The notes: a model not told the origin generated them from the letters alone. Shown: positions 48,152 through 61,044, counted from the whole stretch's first letter. The stretch: DNA of 61,731 bases, filler included, from Dirinaria sp. TL-2023a (GCA_051941275.1; 9 parts of 9 records of this genome joined end to end with filler, not necessarily neighbours in it); one strand, 5' to 3'. Numbers and translations: made by a program.

Positions 48152-50536
48152 TCACTCCGCCTCGACCATTTCCCCCTCCTCGCTGCCGGAGAGAATAGCC
48201 GGCTCTTCCTTCTCGACCTTGACGGGGGTCTTGGTCCTCTCTCTCCTCCGCTCCTCCTTATTATTATCCCTCCTGGCCCTCTTCCGCGCACTGCCTCCAC
48301 TCTCGCCATCACTCTCCCGCCTCCTGCGCACCGTGCTACTCCTCGCATCGGCGCCGTAATCGAGCTCATCTGCCCGGCTACCGCGGGTGCGATAGAGCCG
48401 TTCCCGCTCGTCCTCCCTCTCGCGCCGCTCGCGGTCGTAATGGCTGAGGCGGATGTGGTCACGGCTGGACAGGCGCTCGTGGCGGTCCCGATCCCGGTCC
48501 CGGTCACGCGGTGGTGGTGGTGGCGGCGGCGGGGACAGGCCTGTAGCGCCGGACTTGTGGTACTGGCGTTCACGATCTGCCATCGCTTTGCGACGGTCGG
48601 CTTCGTAGGGATCCAGTTCCGGGGTGCGGCTGCCTCGCCCTGCTGCGTGACGGTGGCCATTGCGCAGGTCCCGGTCCCGGTCCCGATCGCGGTCACGGCG
48701 TTTGCTGCGTTCGTGCTCCAGATCGTCTTCTTTCTCTTTCAGACGCCGGATGACTTTGTCGAAGGCTTGGCGGCGGAGGTCGTCTGAGTCCAGGGCCTTG
48801 AATTCCTCGAGATGCGAGATGCTCGGCCGGATGGAGTCCCATGTTGTGCTTGCCATTACGGGCGGGTTGTTCAGGTGCTTGATCTTGGAGCGGAGAGCGT
48901 CGATCATACGGCGCTGGTGACGTTCCGAAGCATGTTTGTCGTCCTCGGTCCGCCGAACGACTTTGTCGTACAGGCGCTGGAAGATGAGGGATAGGATGTC
49001 AGAGGGCAGGGAGGCCGTACGGCGGTCAGTGGACATGACCGAACTGAATTCTTCTACGCTCGTCTTGGTGGTGATTTCGTATCGCTTGTCCTCGAGGACG
49101 TCGAGTACGTCATTTCGAATTAGGCGGAGAGAACGTTCCTCCTCTTCCACCATGTCCCAAAAAAGGTCGAGGGGAGTGGAGCCGGCTTGACCGAGCATAG
49201 CTACGTACCTTGGATCTTCCTGAATGTTTGAAAGAATCTGCATCCACTTTGTCCCTGCCTTGATCTTCCCATCCGCCTTCAGTTCGTTCAGCAAATCTAG
49301 AAAGCGATCCCTATTTTGACGTTCCCTCCGAGCCTTCGAGTTCTTCTCGCGCTGGCGCTCGTCGTTAAATGTTCGCTCAAGGGACTTGATGTGGTTCTCA
49401 AAAGCGGTCAAAATGTCAGACTTGCTAAGGGTTGCGAACTTCTCATCACCTTTAAATTTTTCGTCTTCATGGATCTTGTCATGTGCCTCTGCCCACCTCG
49501 TGTACGGTTCAAGATCAAGCGATTTTAGTATATTAACAAGCTCGTCCATTGCGGACTTCCGAGTAACTGCCTCACGCTCGATATTGGCCTTCTTAAGCTC
49601 GATGATGTACTCTTCAAAAAGCTGCCGACGTTCAGTATCATCTTTGGTGGACCTGAAGATAGTCTCGCCTTCAATGATAGGCCTTGCCGTCTTCCACCGT
49701 GTGTAGTGCTTGATCTCCGGATGCCTTCTCAGCATAATTCCAAAGTCTGAACGAAGCTTGGCCAGCCTCTCCTTCGCACGATCTTTTTCTTGTATACGGA
49801 CCTCTACTGCATACTTCTCGAAAGCGGCCTTGCGATGGGCTGGGTCTTTGAGCGCTCGGTATTGGGGATCCTTGATAGTCGCTCGCATTGTGGCTTCCCA
49901 TGTCCAATCCGGCTGCACATTCGACCGCCGGAGGAGCTTTATGAAAGCCGCTTCTGCTTCCTCGAAAGTCGAGTAATCGGGATCTGTCTGCTGTGAGCTA
50001 AAGGCTGCGCCGCGAGACCCGCTCATATCATTTTGGCCATGGCCAATCTGCCTGTCAGTGCCAGCCCGTTCGCCATAGTCATCTCGATCTCGCTGTTGGG
50101 GGAAAGAAGATAGCGTGCTTGTACCGCCAGCGACAAATTGTTGGGTCCTGACAGTTGTCAATTGGGGTCGCCATTCGCGGATCAAGCTAACTTACGGTGC
50201 GGCTGGCCTGGGAGTAGGAGGGGCCTGAGCAAGAGCAGACTTGTAGACGTCTGGCATCTCCCAGGAGCTTTGCTTCGTCTCGGTATTGTACCAATACTTG
50301 CGCCCTCCCTCTGCTGTGTACTCTTTCCATGGCTGGTTGGCTAGTGCTCGCTAGGACGTGTTAATGAATTGAACGACTTTTTGGAAGTTCTGGCGAGTAC
50401 TAACTTCAGCCGGGGTCATAAGTTCTGGAGGCTTGGTCCATTGCGTAGCCTTGGTCTGAGTATTGTAGTAATAGACTCTCCCATCAGCATTTCGCGCTTC
50501 GTTCCACAGAGCCGGAGGTGCCGGTGCACCATTCAT
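48152..50536 (-). CDS. PRP40: U1 snRNP protein Prp40 (2 WW domains, FF repeats, RD/RS tail)
   Basis: LWNEARNADGRVYYYNTQTKATQWTKP|RALANQPWKEYTAEGGRKYWYNT; EEAEAAFIKLLRRSNVQPDWTWE; GSTPLDLFWD; ends SEEGEMVEAE*. Confidence 0.95.
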
Positions 50537-50830
50537 ACTGATGTTTTGGACTTGGTTCAGCTCCGGCGTCAGCGCTGAGAAATGGCGAAGGTTTGGTGGT
50601 GCGAAATGAAATGAAGGACCTGCTGGCTGCTGCCAGCCCAATTTTGTTTTCACTCTCAGCACGTGAGACGCGGCGCTGCGGGAGCATTTGCCGAATTTCT
50701 ACCGATGCAGTCTAGAGTGTAGATAAAGCGAGGTAAGGTAGGTCTATTAGGTACCTTATGTAGTAGAGTATCTGAGTACCTGAGGTTGTAGAAGCAGAAC
50801 AACTTCTACGCTGCCGACAACTACTGAATT

Positions 50831-52783
50831 ATGTCTACTAACAACTACGGAGCTCCTGAGGGTTTTCAGCTGCAAGTCCTTGTGCCTGAGGCTTCTACTT
50901 TTGACCCTGTGGAGTACTTCAATAGCAGTGACAATGAAGCGCAAGATTTACAGACCTCGCTGTCTGCTGTTCCGATGCGGAGAGTTCTGCATTTCGGTAT
51001 GTTTCGGCATCCACAGCTGTTGATACAGTCATCTTACTCATTCTTAGGTCTTCTGTAGATGAATTGATATTTGTGTACCTGGTTCTGCAAACGCCCCTTC
51101 TCGAGAAGTCGTCTCTGAAATCAGTACTCGATCGATTGACCATTAGCCTCGAGGTAGTGGCGATTGGTGCCAATCCGCACTCGAACAGCAGCCAAGAGAC
51201 ACGGCAACAGAGCACACATCCAGAGAATCGAGACGTAATATGGTCGAGAGCAGTAGATACGGGCAGTGACCCCGTTGTTCTCGGCGGGTATGGCAATACA
51301 GCAGAGGGCACCTCTCGGACGTACTTTTTATGGAAGACTTCTGTTTTTTTAAGTTAGCCAAATGCCTCTGCCTTTAAAGCTCTGTGCTAATACTGTCTAG
51401 GCCGTCCTCGAATAAGGCTTCAAACTCCACTGCTAACGTTTAGACCCTCTGCCACCTTACGCTCCGATGCCTCTTCAATTATCAGCTTCTACGGCGACCG
51501 TTACCTGCCAAGTGGCATACCACAGTCAATGAATCTTCTAGAATCCCTGAAGGATGAACCTGGCCTGCATGGAGTACAGCCACGGTTGCCAGCGCTCCGG
51601 TTGTCTCGAATGGGCACACCAAGCTCTGATGTGGCTACACGTGATCAGAATATTCATGTCCCCACGCAGCCCACATTCCGTGCCATACCAGCCATCACTG
51701 CACGAGTCCGGTACTCAAAGGCTACTATCGTAGCCGGAAAACCTACAATCATTGCTTCGCTAGACATTGAGACAGGGACATTCCTGGATAATGGTATTTC
51801 CATCAGAGCCATCGATATGCAACTGGGAGAAGGCTCAGCCGAAGATCTTGGAAAGGGCCATGCTCCTTCGCTGCCGATGACTTGTGGCCCAAGAGATAAT
51901 CCCACCTTCCTATTCCGCCTCACGCCGCATGACAGCCCAGCCGAAGGCGCCAGGTACAGTTCCAATTCCAAGTCTTTGGACATCTCTATAGATGCTACTG
52001 TGGATGCATCGGTGGCGTGCCAGCCGCGAATTGAAATGAGATGGAAGACCGGCGTTGATTTCTCGACTGCATTGAATCCTAATTTTGGCGCACCTAACCA
52101 GTCAATGCAGCGAAGGAAGCGTCCAGCCAATATCGCCATGAACCAGGCAGTCTCCAGTGATGTTGCAGCGCCTCGAACAGGTCCAGTGAGCAGTGATGGT
52201 GACACATTCAGGGGAGAATGGGCGGCATCTCTCAACGATCTCGGCATTTCCATTACCTTCACAGCTCCCGATACTATTTACGTTGGCGAACCGTTCAGCT
52301 GGGATGTGTTCGTGGTCAATCGATCGAGCAAGCCTCGAAAGCTTGCTCTTGTGGCTATTCCGAAGCGGCGGCGAGGAGACAACAAGATTCATCTCTCGAG
52401 ACCATCAACGTCTTCCACGGGCAGCCGTAAAGACATCAGAATGGCTGAAGCTGTGACTGATGAGAGTCTGCTCTTCGCAATGCAGAGAAATGCGAGTAAG
52501 GAAGCCGTGCAGCTCATTAGCCTGAGTAACGATATAATCATTGGGTACGGTAAAATTTCCCCAAAGCACGATACACTGCTGACAATCATATAGGCCTTTG
52601 CTTCCTGGGGCTTGCTTCAACGCAGACTTGAGGCTCCTCCCGCTTGCTCCCGGCTGTCTGCAGATGGAAGCTGTGCACGTCGTCGATGTCGCGACCAACG
52701 AAGCCATCGATGTGCATGATCTACCAGACATCATGGCATACGAACGAGCAGCAACGAGTGGGGACAATCTACCAGACCATTGA
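50831..52783 (+). CDS. TRS65: TRAPP II complex subunit Trs65
   Basis: Multi-exon; PMRRVLHF|DELIFVYLVL; LSRPRIRL; VGEPFSWDVFVVNRS; SNDIIIG|PLLPGACFNADLRLLPLAPGCLQMEAVHVVD...DLPDI. Confidence 0.85.
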
Positions 52784-53496
52784 AGATCAGACGTTTAAAA
52801 TGCAAGGCATCAGTGCGCCGAAAGGTCTGTCCGTAGACTTTAGACAGATCAAGCTAGAGTTACTTAGAAGAGATTTTCGTATCCGGCCATTCGCATTTTG
52901 AACTTTGCATTTCCCATTTTGTAAATGCGCATGTAGTGAAGCGCACGTGACCGAGGCGACTGATGACACACAAGCGAGCGGAATGGACCAATAGGTTGCA
53001 GTCCACCTGAACCACAGTAGAGCTCCTACACATAGATGCCTTTGCCTTTGCACTGCTACATTTGTCACATATCTGAGCTACTTGACCTTGTCTGTCTTCG
53101 ACAATCTCGTATCCTGTACCAGGAATAACTACATCATCACGCTGTGTATGACAACGAACATCTGACCGACTGCTGGATGCTGCCAGTTCGCCGCCTCCCA
53201 AGTACCGTACCGAAAGTGCCGCCGAATCTTTGAGCTTGATACTCCAGCGATCCTCGAAATCATTGACGTGCGATGGAGTCAGCAAGGCGAAAAGTGCTGC
53301 ACACGCTGAATAGCCGCTATCTATATGGCCGGGTGGTAAGTGCCCTCTGTTCGTGAAATCTCATCGTCATACTTTCCAACCGAGCGTTTTAGACAGTGCC
53401 TAAACCCATATGAGATAGAGCAGTCTGAGATTGCAACAACTGACATTCTTTTCCTTACTCTAGCCTTTACTACATACCATCATATTCTTTATCGAG

Positions 53497-54459
53497 ATGG
53501 CCATCACCTCGAGGCTGATCGCCAAGTTCAACACCTACTACGCCGACAAACCAGGTACGACAGAATCCACGGTACCGAGCTTGAAACTGTACGCTGACAA
53601 TTTCTATAGTCCTTACTATCATGATAACAAACGCCGTACGTAACCATACCCTCGAGCACAAGCCCTCTGAATAGCGAATCGCGTTGGAGCAATCCGGATC
53701 GTGGCTGACTCCGGAACGACCACAGGTACTAGGAGGCGTTGCAGATACAGTCGCCCAATCCCTAACAGCCATCCGCTCGAAATCAAAACGAAGCTACGCC
53801 GGCTTGGGCAAGGATATATCCGATGGCATTGAAATGCCGGACTACGACGAGAAACACCCCTACTCGACGATCGACTTTATCGGGGCGCGCAAAAACCTGC
53901 CTCCAGCGTTCGACTTCGAGCGTCTCACGCGGTTCATGAGTTACCCATTCCTCGTGTCTCCAATCCAGTATCAATGGTTCAAATTCCTGGCCAAGAGTTT
54001 CCCGATCACGAAGCAGAGCGCGACGATACCGACCCTACAGAGGATGTGCTTCGATCAGCTGATCTTCGCGCCGATGGGTGAGGACCTGCCTCCTTCTACC
54101 AAAACCAAGATCTATGCAGTAGAGAGTCTGGCTAACAATGCAAGTATAGGCCTCGCGGCGTTTTTCACATTCATGACCGTCACAGAGGGAGGTGGCCGGC
54201 GGGCCGTGGCGCGCAAATTCCAAGACGTCTACCTGCCTGCGTTAAAAGCTAATTTCATGCTTTGGCCGGCTGTCCAGTTCCTGAATTTCCGCGTCGTCCC
54301 CATCCCTTTCCAAATCGTAAGTCCTTTTTTCTAAACAATTTACCAAGTCAAGGCAAAGCACTAGCCAACACTCCTTCACAGCCGTTTGTATCAACCGTCG
54401 GCATCGCCTGGACAGCCTACCTCTCCCTGACCAACCAATCCGATGAACCGGTGGTATAA
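53497..54459 (+). CDS. Mpv17/PMP22-family membrane protein (Sym1/YOR292C-like)
   Basis: Spliced KFNTYYADKP|VLTIMITNA|VLGGVADTVAQ; FDFERLTRFM; FDQLIFAP; LKANFMLWPAVQFLNFRVVPIPFQI|PFVSTVGIAWTAYLSLTN. Confidence 0.92.
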
Positions 54460-54888
54460 AGCATGTCGGCGGATTTTGCATGTTGGGGAGCCTCTTTTTT
54501 CCCCCCATCCCATGGAAATGGCGTGTTTTGGGCCTGGGGCATACCATAAGGTACTTTCTTGGTGTCGGGGTGGTGGGGCGCAAATAAGGTCGGAAGGTGT
54601 CGAGTCGGCGGGGAGGTCTTTCCAATATGCAGGCGTTGGTGTGTATCATTAGCAGCTGGTTCCCCATTTTCGAGAGGAGTCCGTAGGTCTTACCTTACCG
54701 TAGGTATGGCGCGTTGTTGTGTGGAGCGGGCTATATAAATCATGAAACGACCGAATGCAAAAAATGGGGTTCCTCAGCGAGTAGGTGTGACGTAAGATAC
54801 CTTACTCTATCAAGGGGACAAGTCTCCTAAGTAAAGTAAGACTTCCATGAGAATGCACTTCCACAGCCAAAATTGGGAACCTAAATAC

Positions 54889-54988
54889 NNNNNNNNNNNN
54901 NNNNNNNNNNNNNNNNNNNNNNNNNNNNNNNNTTAATTAATTAANNNNNNNNNNNNNNNNNNNNNNNNNNNNNNNNNNNNNNNNNNNN
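54889..54988. other. Artificial contig linker
   Basis: N44-TTAATTAATTAA-N44. Confidence 0.98.
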
Positions 54989-55274
54989 GTATTAAATCCG
55001 TGCCTCGAATGATACAGAATCAATTAGGCCATTTACTAGAATTAAACATGATCGATCTGGATAGGAAGACTTTAAAAGGCGTTCAAGCTTTGATGGAAAA
55101 GAGAGAACGGCGCATGTGAGTAGTAGTGACTCTGGTCGTTTTTCTTCTTCTGCATACTCGAGAGGTTGATGCAGGGAGAAATATCTTTTGGAGCCGCTAT
55201 ATAGACACGGTCTGTCCTTCGTTTAAATTTCATGATCAGACATTATTCTAACGATTAAAGCTGAGGTTCTGAAT

Positions 55275-55653
55275 ACACTCGTCGAAGTCAAAAGTTCTCA
55301 TTGATGAGATCATCGTCTCTTGCAACTCGCTACTGTCGCATTTTCACTGCATGATCGGGCGAAAACCACTAGATCTGAACTGGGATGATCAGAAGTCACA
55401 GGACATGGTAAACAAAAACTCGATGATGGTGAAGTTCATGAAGATACTTCAAGCTTACGTATCACGCTTGAGTGAGTGATGAACACACTTATCATCTCCG
55501 GAATCTAACAGATTTATAGAAGAAAGTGACTTCATTGGTCAGAAGGCCTGCAAAGTTTACAAGAACGGAGACTCAAATAGTGTAGACTTTACGATCAGCT
55601 CTTTGATGTTTGGGAGCATAAAAGAAGGTTGCGAGATGAAGGGCTTCTCTTAG
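55275..55653 (+). pseudogene. Degenerate 3' gene fragment, possibly a fungal transcription-factor C-terminus
   Basis: SCNSLLSHFHCMIGRKPLDLNWDD...RL, intron GTGAGT..CTAAC..TAG, final exon to TAG 55653; stops immediately upstream. Confidence 0.35.
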
Positions 55654-55701
55654 AAGTGGATAGGTGAACGGCTTGGAAGGACTGGGATAGAAATCATGAT
55701 G

Positions 55702-57115
55702 TTAAAGCGGATTCATATCTTCTGCATGCTGAATGAACTCTTTTACCGCCTGTGTCACTTCGTCATGAATCTCCTCAACAGATCCGTCTCCGTTGATCTG
55801 CGATACGAAGTCAGCTAATGCTTTGCCCAGGTTTACTACCTGCGTACCTCCTTGAAATAGCCCTCCGCTGCCTTCAAGTGATTCTTCACTTCTGCGTTCC
55901 AAACCTGAAAGACTTGAATTCTCTTTATAATGTCATGCTCGTCACCAGCCTCACCTCCCGGCCTTCCTAGACGCTGAAACATCCCCTCAGCCGAGCAGTT
56001 GAGAAGCAGAGTGTAATTTGTTTTTTGCACCTACCGGATGTAAGCAAGGGTTTTTATTTACGTGGGTAAGACTAACCTTCTCTTCAAACTCGAGAAGTTC
56101 TTGTATGCATTTCGAAAACCCGTGTACGAGGCCCCACTTCTTGCCTTCCTCTATTTCTTCATTGATCTTTCTCTCAAGTAAGCTGATTTTCAAATTTCTT
56201 GGAACATCGACCTTTTCCTCAAGGCAATCTTTCACGAATTCTACGTGGGGATACGTTTGATCGTCAGACTTCTCACGTAAGACATCGTCTAAGGATATGT
56301 GCTGAAACCCAAATTTCTGGCATAGAAGAGCGCATAGTGTCTTCTTGTCAATTCCGGGGGCGCCTGTATCGCAGTTAACACCAGGGATTAGTGAGACCGA
56401 AAGGATATATCAATGAAGAAGATTATAGGAATTCGCCGTTTTCGCTTTGAGAAGTGGGCCTGTCTCTCCTGCTGTAACAATTCTAACCAAGCTTTTCTCT
56501 CAGCAGAGCTGATTTTTGATGATAGTTCCTGAAATTCTTCTAGATTCTTCTCCCCGAATGTCTTTTGCTCGTATTCATACGCTTGTACCATACACTCAAA
56601 TTTGTCCATATCTCGTATAAATCGAGATTCCGCTGTCTTGCCTTCTTCATACTCTAGTCAGGCGGTCCTAATCTTTGTCCCTAGGGTTGGCTTGATTGGG
56701 TTCAACAAGCTCTGAATGTATCGGGTACCAACGTCTTCCAGCTTGAACTTATGCTCTATCATTTATTAGTCTGAGTTGGACGATCCGAAGAAGGTACATT
56801 TACCTTTAGTAACACCAGCATATGTGGGGATGTCTCCGACAACTGATTCTGCCATATCGTGGCATAGTGCTAGAAATATACACTTTCCTATATCCAAACC
56901 ATCCTGCTATACATCAACGAACGCAACTTTGACAGAAATATTGAACAAACCGGAGCGAACATAGTCAGAACTGACAACCGATACATGTGAGCAGCTACAC
57001 TCTCAGGGTTCTTGATCGTTCTCAATCACCCAGTTCGTGGCAAGTGCTTGAGGACCTCTATCAAATGTAGAAAGGGCAATGATGACTCTTCTAATTTGGA
57101 ATGAACTACTTTCAT
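55702..57115 (-). pseudogene. HD-domain 5'-deoxynucleotidase (HDDC2/YBR242W-like) fused to an adenylate/UMP-CMP-type P-loop kinase; six exons, inactivated
   Basis: MKVVHSKLEESSLPFLHLIEVLKHLPRTG*LRTIKNPESVAAHMYRLSVLTMFAP|DGLDIGKCIFLALCHDMAESVVGDIPTYAGVTK|EHKFKLE...IRTA*LEYEEGKTAESRFIRDMDKFECMVQAYEYE...IIFFI|GAPGIDKKTLC...FGFQHISLDDVLR...LVHGFSK...TLLLNCSAE...|INGDGSVEEIHDEV. TGA at 57028 and 56660; intron-3 donor at 56410 reads AT. Confidence 0.88.
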
Positions 57116-57383
57116 ATTGTCTAAGAATGTTGGAAGAAATGTTCGCTAGATATCGCGACTTAAAAGGACGACGGAGGGGATGCGTTGATTTCAGACGAGC
57201 TATTAACGGCTGTAAGTTTATCCGACCCCGCACGTAGCTTCCATCATTAATGGGATGTGGATTCTTGAGTAGTACACAGCTGCTTCTAACCACTCATAAG
57301 TCGGCCCACGTTAAAATGCACCCCCTATTTCTAATTCTAGAAGGGTCGGCTTTTGGGCGATTAGGAGTAGGTCATAAGTCTTA

Positions 57384-58246
57384 CCCCTGTATTCAAGTTC
57401 GTTGCGAAACTAGTGATTTTTGCGCAAAATCGACAGCCCCGACACTGAAATAATTCACCCCCCAATAGCGTAACAATCACAATGTGAAATACGTTCAAAA
57501 TTGAATAAATTAGAGTATCTAATACTAATTTCTATTTGCGAGATTTTTACGAAATTTCTAACGTTATTTAGTAGGTAATATTAGAGAGGGGGAAATTTCG
57601 AGAAACTGATATATTTACAGTGGTAAAAAGAGCTATTTCTGGAATAACTTCTCTATTTTTAATAATTTAGATTTAAAACTTAGAATGATATTAGATCTAT
57701 TTCTAAATAATCTGATCCTTTAATTTTAAAAGATTCTGGCTTAAGAAGAATTAGAGGAATTCAAAAAAGTCTGAAATTCTACCTCGTCTTGGCGAGGTTC
57801 GAATAAGCCGAGGTAGAATTTTAGCGGGGAATTCGAATTCGCGCTTTTAATATTAATTCGGTATTATTATTATTTCTAAAGCCAGAATTTCTTAAGATTT
57901 TAAGAGATTAAAAAGCTTTATAAATACTCTAATCTATTCAGTTTTTTTTAAATATTCGAAGTAGTTAAAGAGATATTAGGAAATTTAGCGGTTTTCGTAC
58001 TGAAAATCTATCGAAACTGAAAAACTTTTTAAAGCTTAGCGTTCAATTACTTTAATTAATGCGATAAAAAGCGAGGAAATAGAAATTAGTATTAGGCGCT
58101 TTAATGTATCTGATTTTGAACGTTTTTCACGTTGTGGTTGTTGCGCTATTTGAGGGTGAATTATTTCAAAAAAAAAAAAAAACAGTGTCGGGGCTGTCGA
58201 TTTTGCGCAAAAATCACTAGTTTCGCAAGCAATCTGAATACAGGGG
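57384..58246. mobile_element. Non-autonomous Tc1/mariner-type MITE/foldback element, 863 bp, TA target duplication
   Basis: TA|CCCCTGTATTCA...TTGCGAAACTAGTGATTTTTGCGCAAAATCGACAGCCCCGACACTG... matched by its inverse ending TGAATACAGGGG|TA; TIR similarity over ~150 bp; AT-rich interior with no transposase ORF. Confidence 0.9.
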
Positions 58247-58644
58247 TATTTTGGCTCGGCACTAACACTGACCGGTTTGGAGTTTTTGTTAACAGTCTTT
58301 CCTTACTCTTGTCAACAATCTTTGTGATCTTCTATTATTTATCTTGCGGCATTGTGGGTCTGAAACTATTGAGGATGTGATGAAGCAATAGCGCTGAGAG
58401 GAGTTGTAACTGATGATGCTCCATGATCTTCTTCGTCAACAATCGAGAGCTGTCTTATAGCTCTTTCGAGCATCCACTTTAGGCTTTTGATTCGGGATCC
58501 ACAAGAGGATGCCCTCAATCATTCAAGAGTGTGCCGCGATGTTAAGTATACGCTGCAACCTCTTTTACAATTGCTTTCCTTTGCTCCCTCTGCTAAGAAA
58601 CAACAGCCGTTCTATATTATCCAGAGTGACCCAAGTGCCCTGTC

Positions 58645-59277
58645 ATGAACGCTTCGTCGGAGACTATAGATATCATGCTTTCACCTGATATATCGAAACT
58701 TCATATCGCCATGAGCGACTCACAAGACAGCGACGCAAGTCCTCCGACCCGTCGTGACCGTGGACGTGAAGGGAGTCCAGAGGCACCCCGAACCGCAAGG
58801 AGCAGGAAAAGTGCTGACGGCCGTGTGGCCTTTCATGGCCCCAAGATTCAACGGCAAGCGATGATTCATTCAATCTTTCGTCAACGTCTTGGATCTGACA
58901 GAGCAGACAATATTGGTGCTCTGGATGATCGGATTGCAAGGCATGAGGGGACAACGTCATCTTATGAGGAGCTGCCTCATCGGCTCAGAATATCTAAGAA
59001 ACATCAATCGATGACATCGTCAGAACGAGTGATGAAGCTCACTAAGACAAATGACTTCTTACTACAGAAGCTAGCATATCACAAAGACACTCGCGCAGCT
59101 GAGATGAGGTTCTTGAAGAAAGTCATCAAGCTTCGTGCAGATATAGAAGGTGCCTTGGCAGACTTCGATCGCGCTCTTGAAGAGAGGTCGAAGGCTCGAG
59201 CAAATGCGGAATCCATTCTGTTGAACTACTGAGGCATTGATCTAAGAGACGGAAACATCGAAGACAGCATTTTTTAG
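58645..59277 (+). pseudogene. Coiled-coil hypothetical protein with a premature TGA at 59230
   Basis: 195-aa ORF ending ILLNY*; the frame continues GIDLRDGNIEDSIF* to 59277, consistent with an original YWGID (TGG->TGA). Confidence 0.55.
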
Positions 59278-59894
59278 TGTCTCTTCTGCTACGAAAGGGA
59301 CATCATATCAAGCTTTGAAGAGTACAATCTTGTAGACTATTTGCTGCATTCACTAAGCGTACATCTCATCAAAGCTGGTTGCCAAAGTCTCTATACCCAA
59401 ACCCAGATCCCCCACTCAGCGATTTAGCGTATTTGACTACTCCTATAGGGACTTGGGAGTGCGGATGACAACGCATATGCTCTGCAGGAAGCCTGCTGTT
59501 GTTGAATCTAGAACTGATACCTCGGAACAGCTGACCATTCGCTGCCCGAACCTATGCCCCTGTCTCACTTTTCTACACATTTCCAAAAACGTCCTTTTTC
59601 AGCAGATTGATAGTCCAGTTCGAGCAGTGTTATTCTGTCTAGACGGGACTGCACAAGATCTCGCACTTCGTCTCACATTTGTTCGTTTGCGGATACTAGG
59701 ATATGTGAGTTCATTGCTCGAGAATATGGGTCCAAACTTATCAGTGACAAGCGTGGTCTCCCCCGCATCAGCTGATCGAGGGACCAACCGATCATTCAGG
59801 AATTTTGATAGATCGATTGTGCCTTTCTTGTAGGTGAGACGGCCGTGTCTGCCCACCGTCAGTCTCCGTATCACTTCTAGAAGAATCATAACTT

Positions 59895-60389
59895 TACTAT
59901 CGACCCAACTAATTGACCTCAAGCGCTGAACAATCTCGACTTTGTAACGCTGACTGCATTGACGACAGCGTGACACAGATCGAGAAGAACGAACAAGGCT
60001 TCGATCGAAGCATGGATCCGCCGATAGTTAATGATGAAAAGACCTAACATATCGCTGGCGAAGCTCAGGTGATAGCCGAAGTACGAAGATATCATGTGAA
60101 TCAGTGACAAAGTCCCCGTCCGAGTATCTAGCTCTCTGATGAAGGATACTTCAAATATGCTACAGAATATATTGACGGCTAGGTAGAGAAGGTGCAACAA
60201 TACTTGCTCTCGAGTGCATGATCCGAAGAAGCGGTGCCGCCGCAGAACGTTGGGGTAGAGAAAATGCTTCACGAGCAATACGCTGTAGGGTTGAAGAAAT
60301 CGGACGAAAAAGGACGCGGCGACTCTAATCACCAGCACTAAACCGAAGATAGCTTCGGCGATAATTGCGTATATCTGATTTACGTCCAT
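59895..60389 (-). pseudogene. Ferric reductase-like transmembrane protein N-terminal fragment (Starship-associated FRE type), hypermutated and truncated
   Basis: MDVNQIYAI...KHFLYPNVLRRHRFFGSCTR...YLAVNIFC...RTGTLSLIHM...HLSFASDMLG...YRRIHASI...LCHAV (paired heme-ligand-like His); stop and intron-like GTAAAGT follow; no FAD/NADPH domains downstream. Confidence 0.7.
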
Positions 60390-61044
60390 AACTTTCAGTA
60401 ATATGAATTAGTTGAACATCATCATTTGAGGTTAAGGCATGACTGCTGATTTGTACTTGACCGAAAGGCATTCAGTTCTGAAGACATCCACTTCTGACGC
60501 CATCGAGGCGAGATTTGCTATCCGAATCCTTTGATATGCACAGCCCGCTTTTGACGTAAAGAAGATGTATCATAGATCAAGTACTATCCGTCGACGAAGG
60601 ATTCAATTTTGGATGCGGCGTTCAATTGTGACTCCATCAAATGCTGACTCAAACTCTTGCGGCACGGGACAGCGCCATTAATCGCGACGTTAAATAGATT
60701 CGAGCAGGTTGCATGCATCTTTGCATCTACTTCATGACGATTCAACGAAGTGATCGACGCGCGGTACGTGAGAAGTTTCGTAAACGAAGTTCAAGCTGAT
60801 TTAGAAAAGGAAATGAGCTGGCGCTGATGACAGAAGCAGACATCTACACAGTCATTCGTCATGACAATAAATACTATACCTACAAGTCGATCGATCGACC
60901 CGAATGGCCTCCATCGGAGCAAGATCTTGTGAGCCGATCCCAAGTCGCAATAATATATACCGCTCATGAGTTGTCTGTCAGATAAATCTCATATCACTCC
61001 TCTTTCGCCGATGTTCTAAAGACTTTGAGACAATGAACGAAGAG

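Noticed and set aside
57003..57293. 96-aa minus-strand ORF, briefly considered a His-Me endonuclease-like fragment
   Set aside because: It overlaps, out of frame, the first exon of the HD-kinase gene, which has far stronger motif support.
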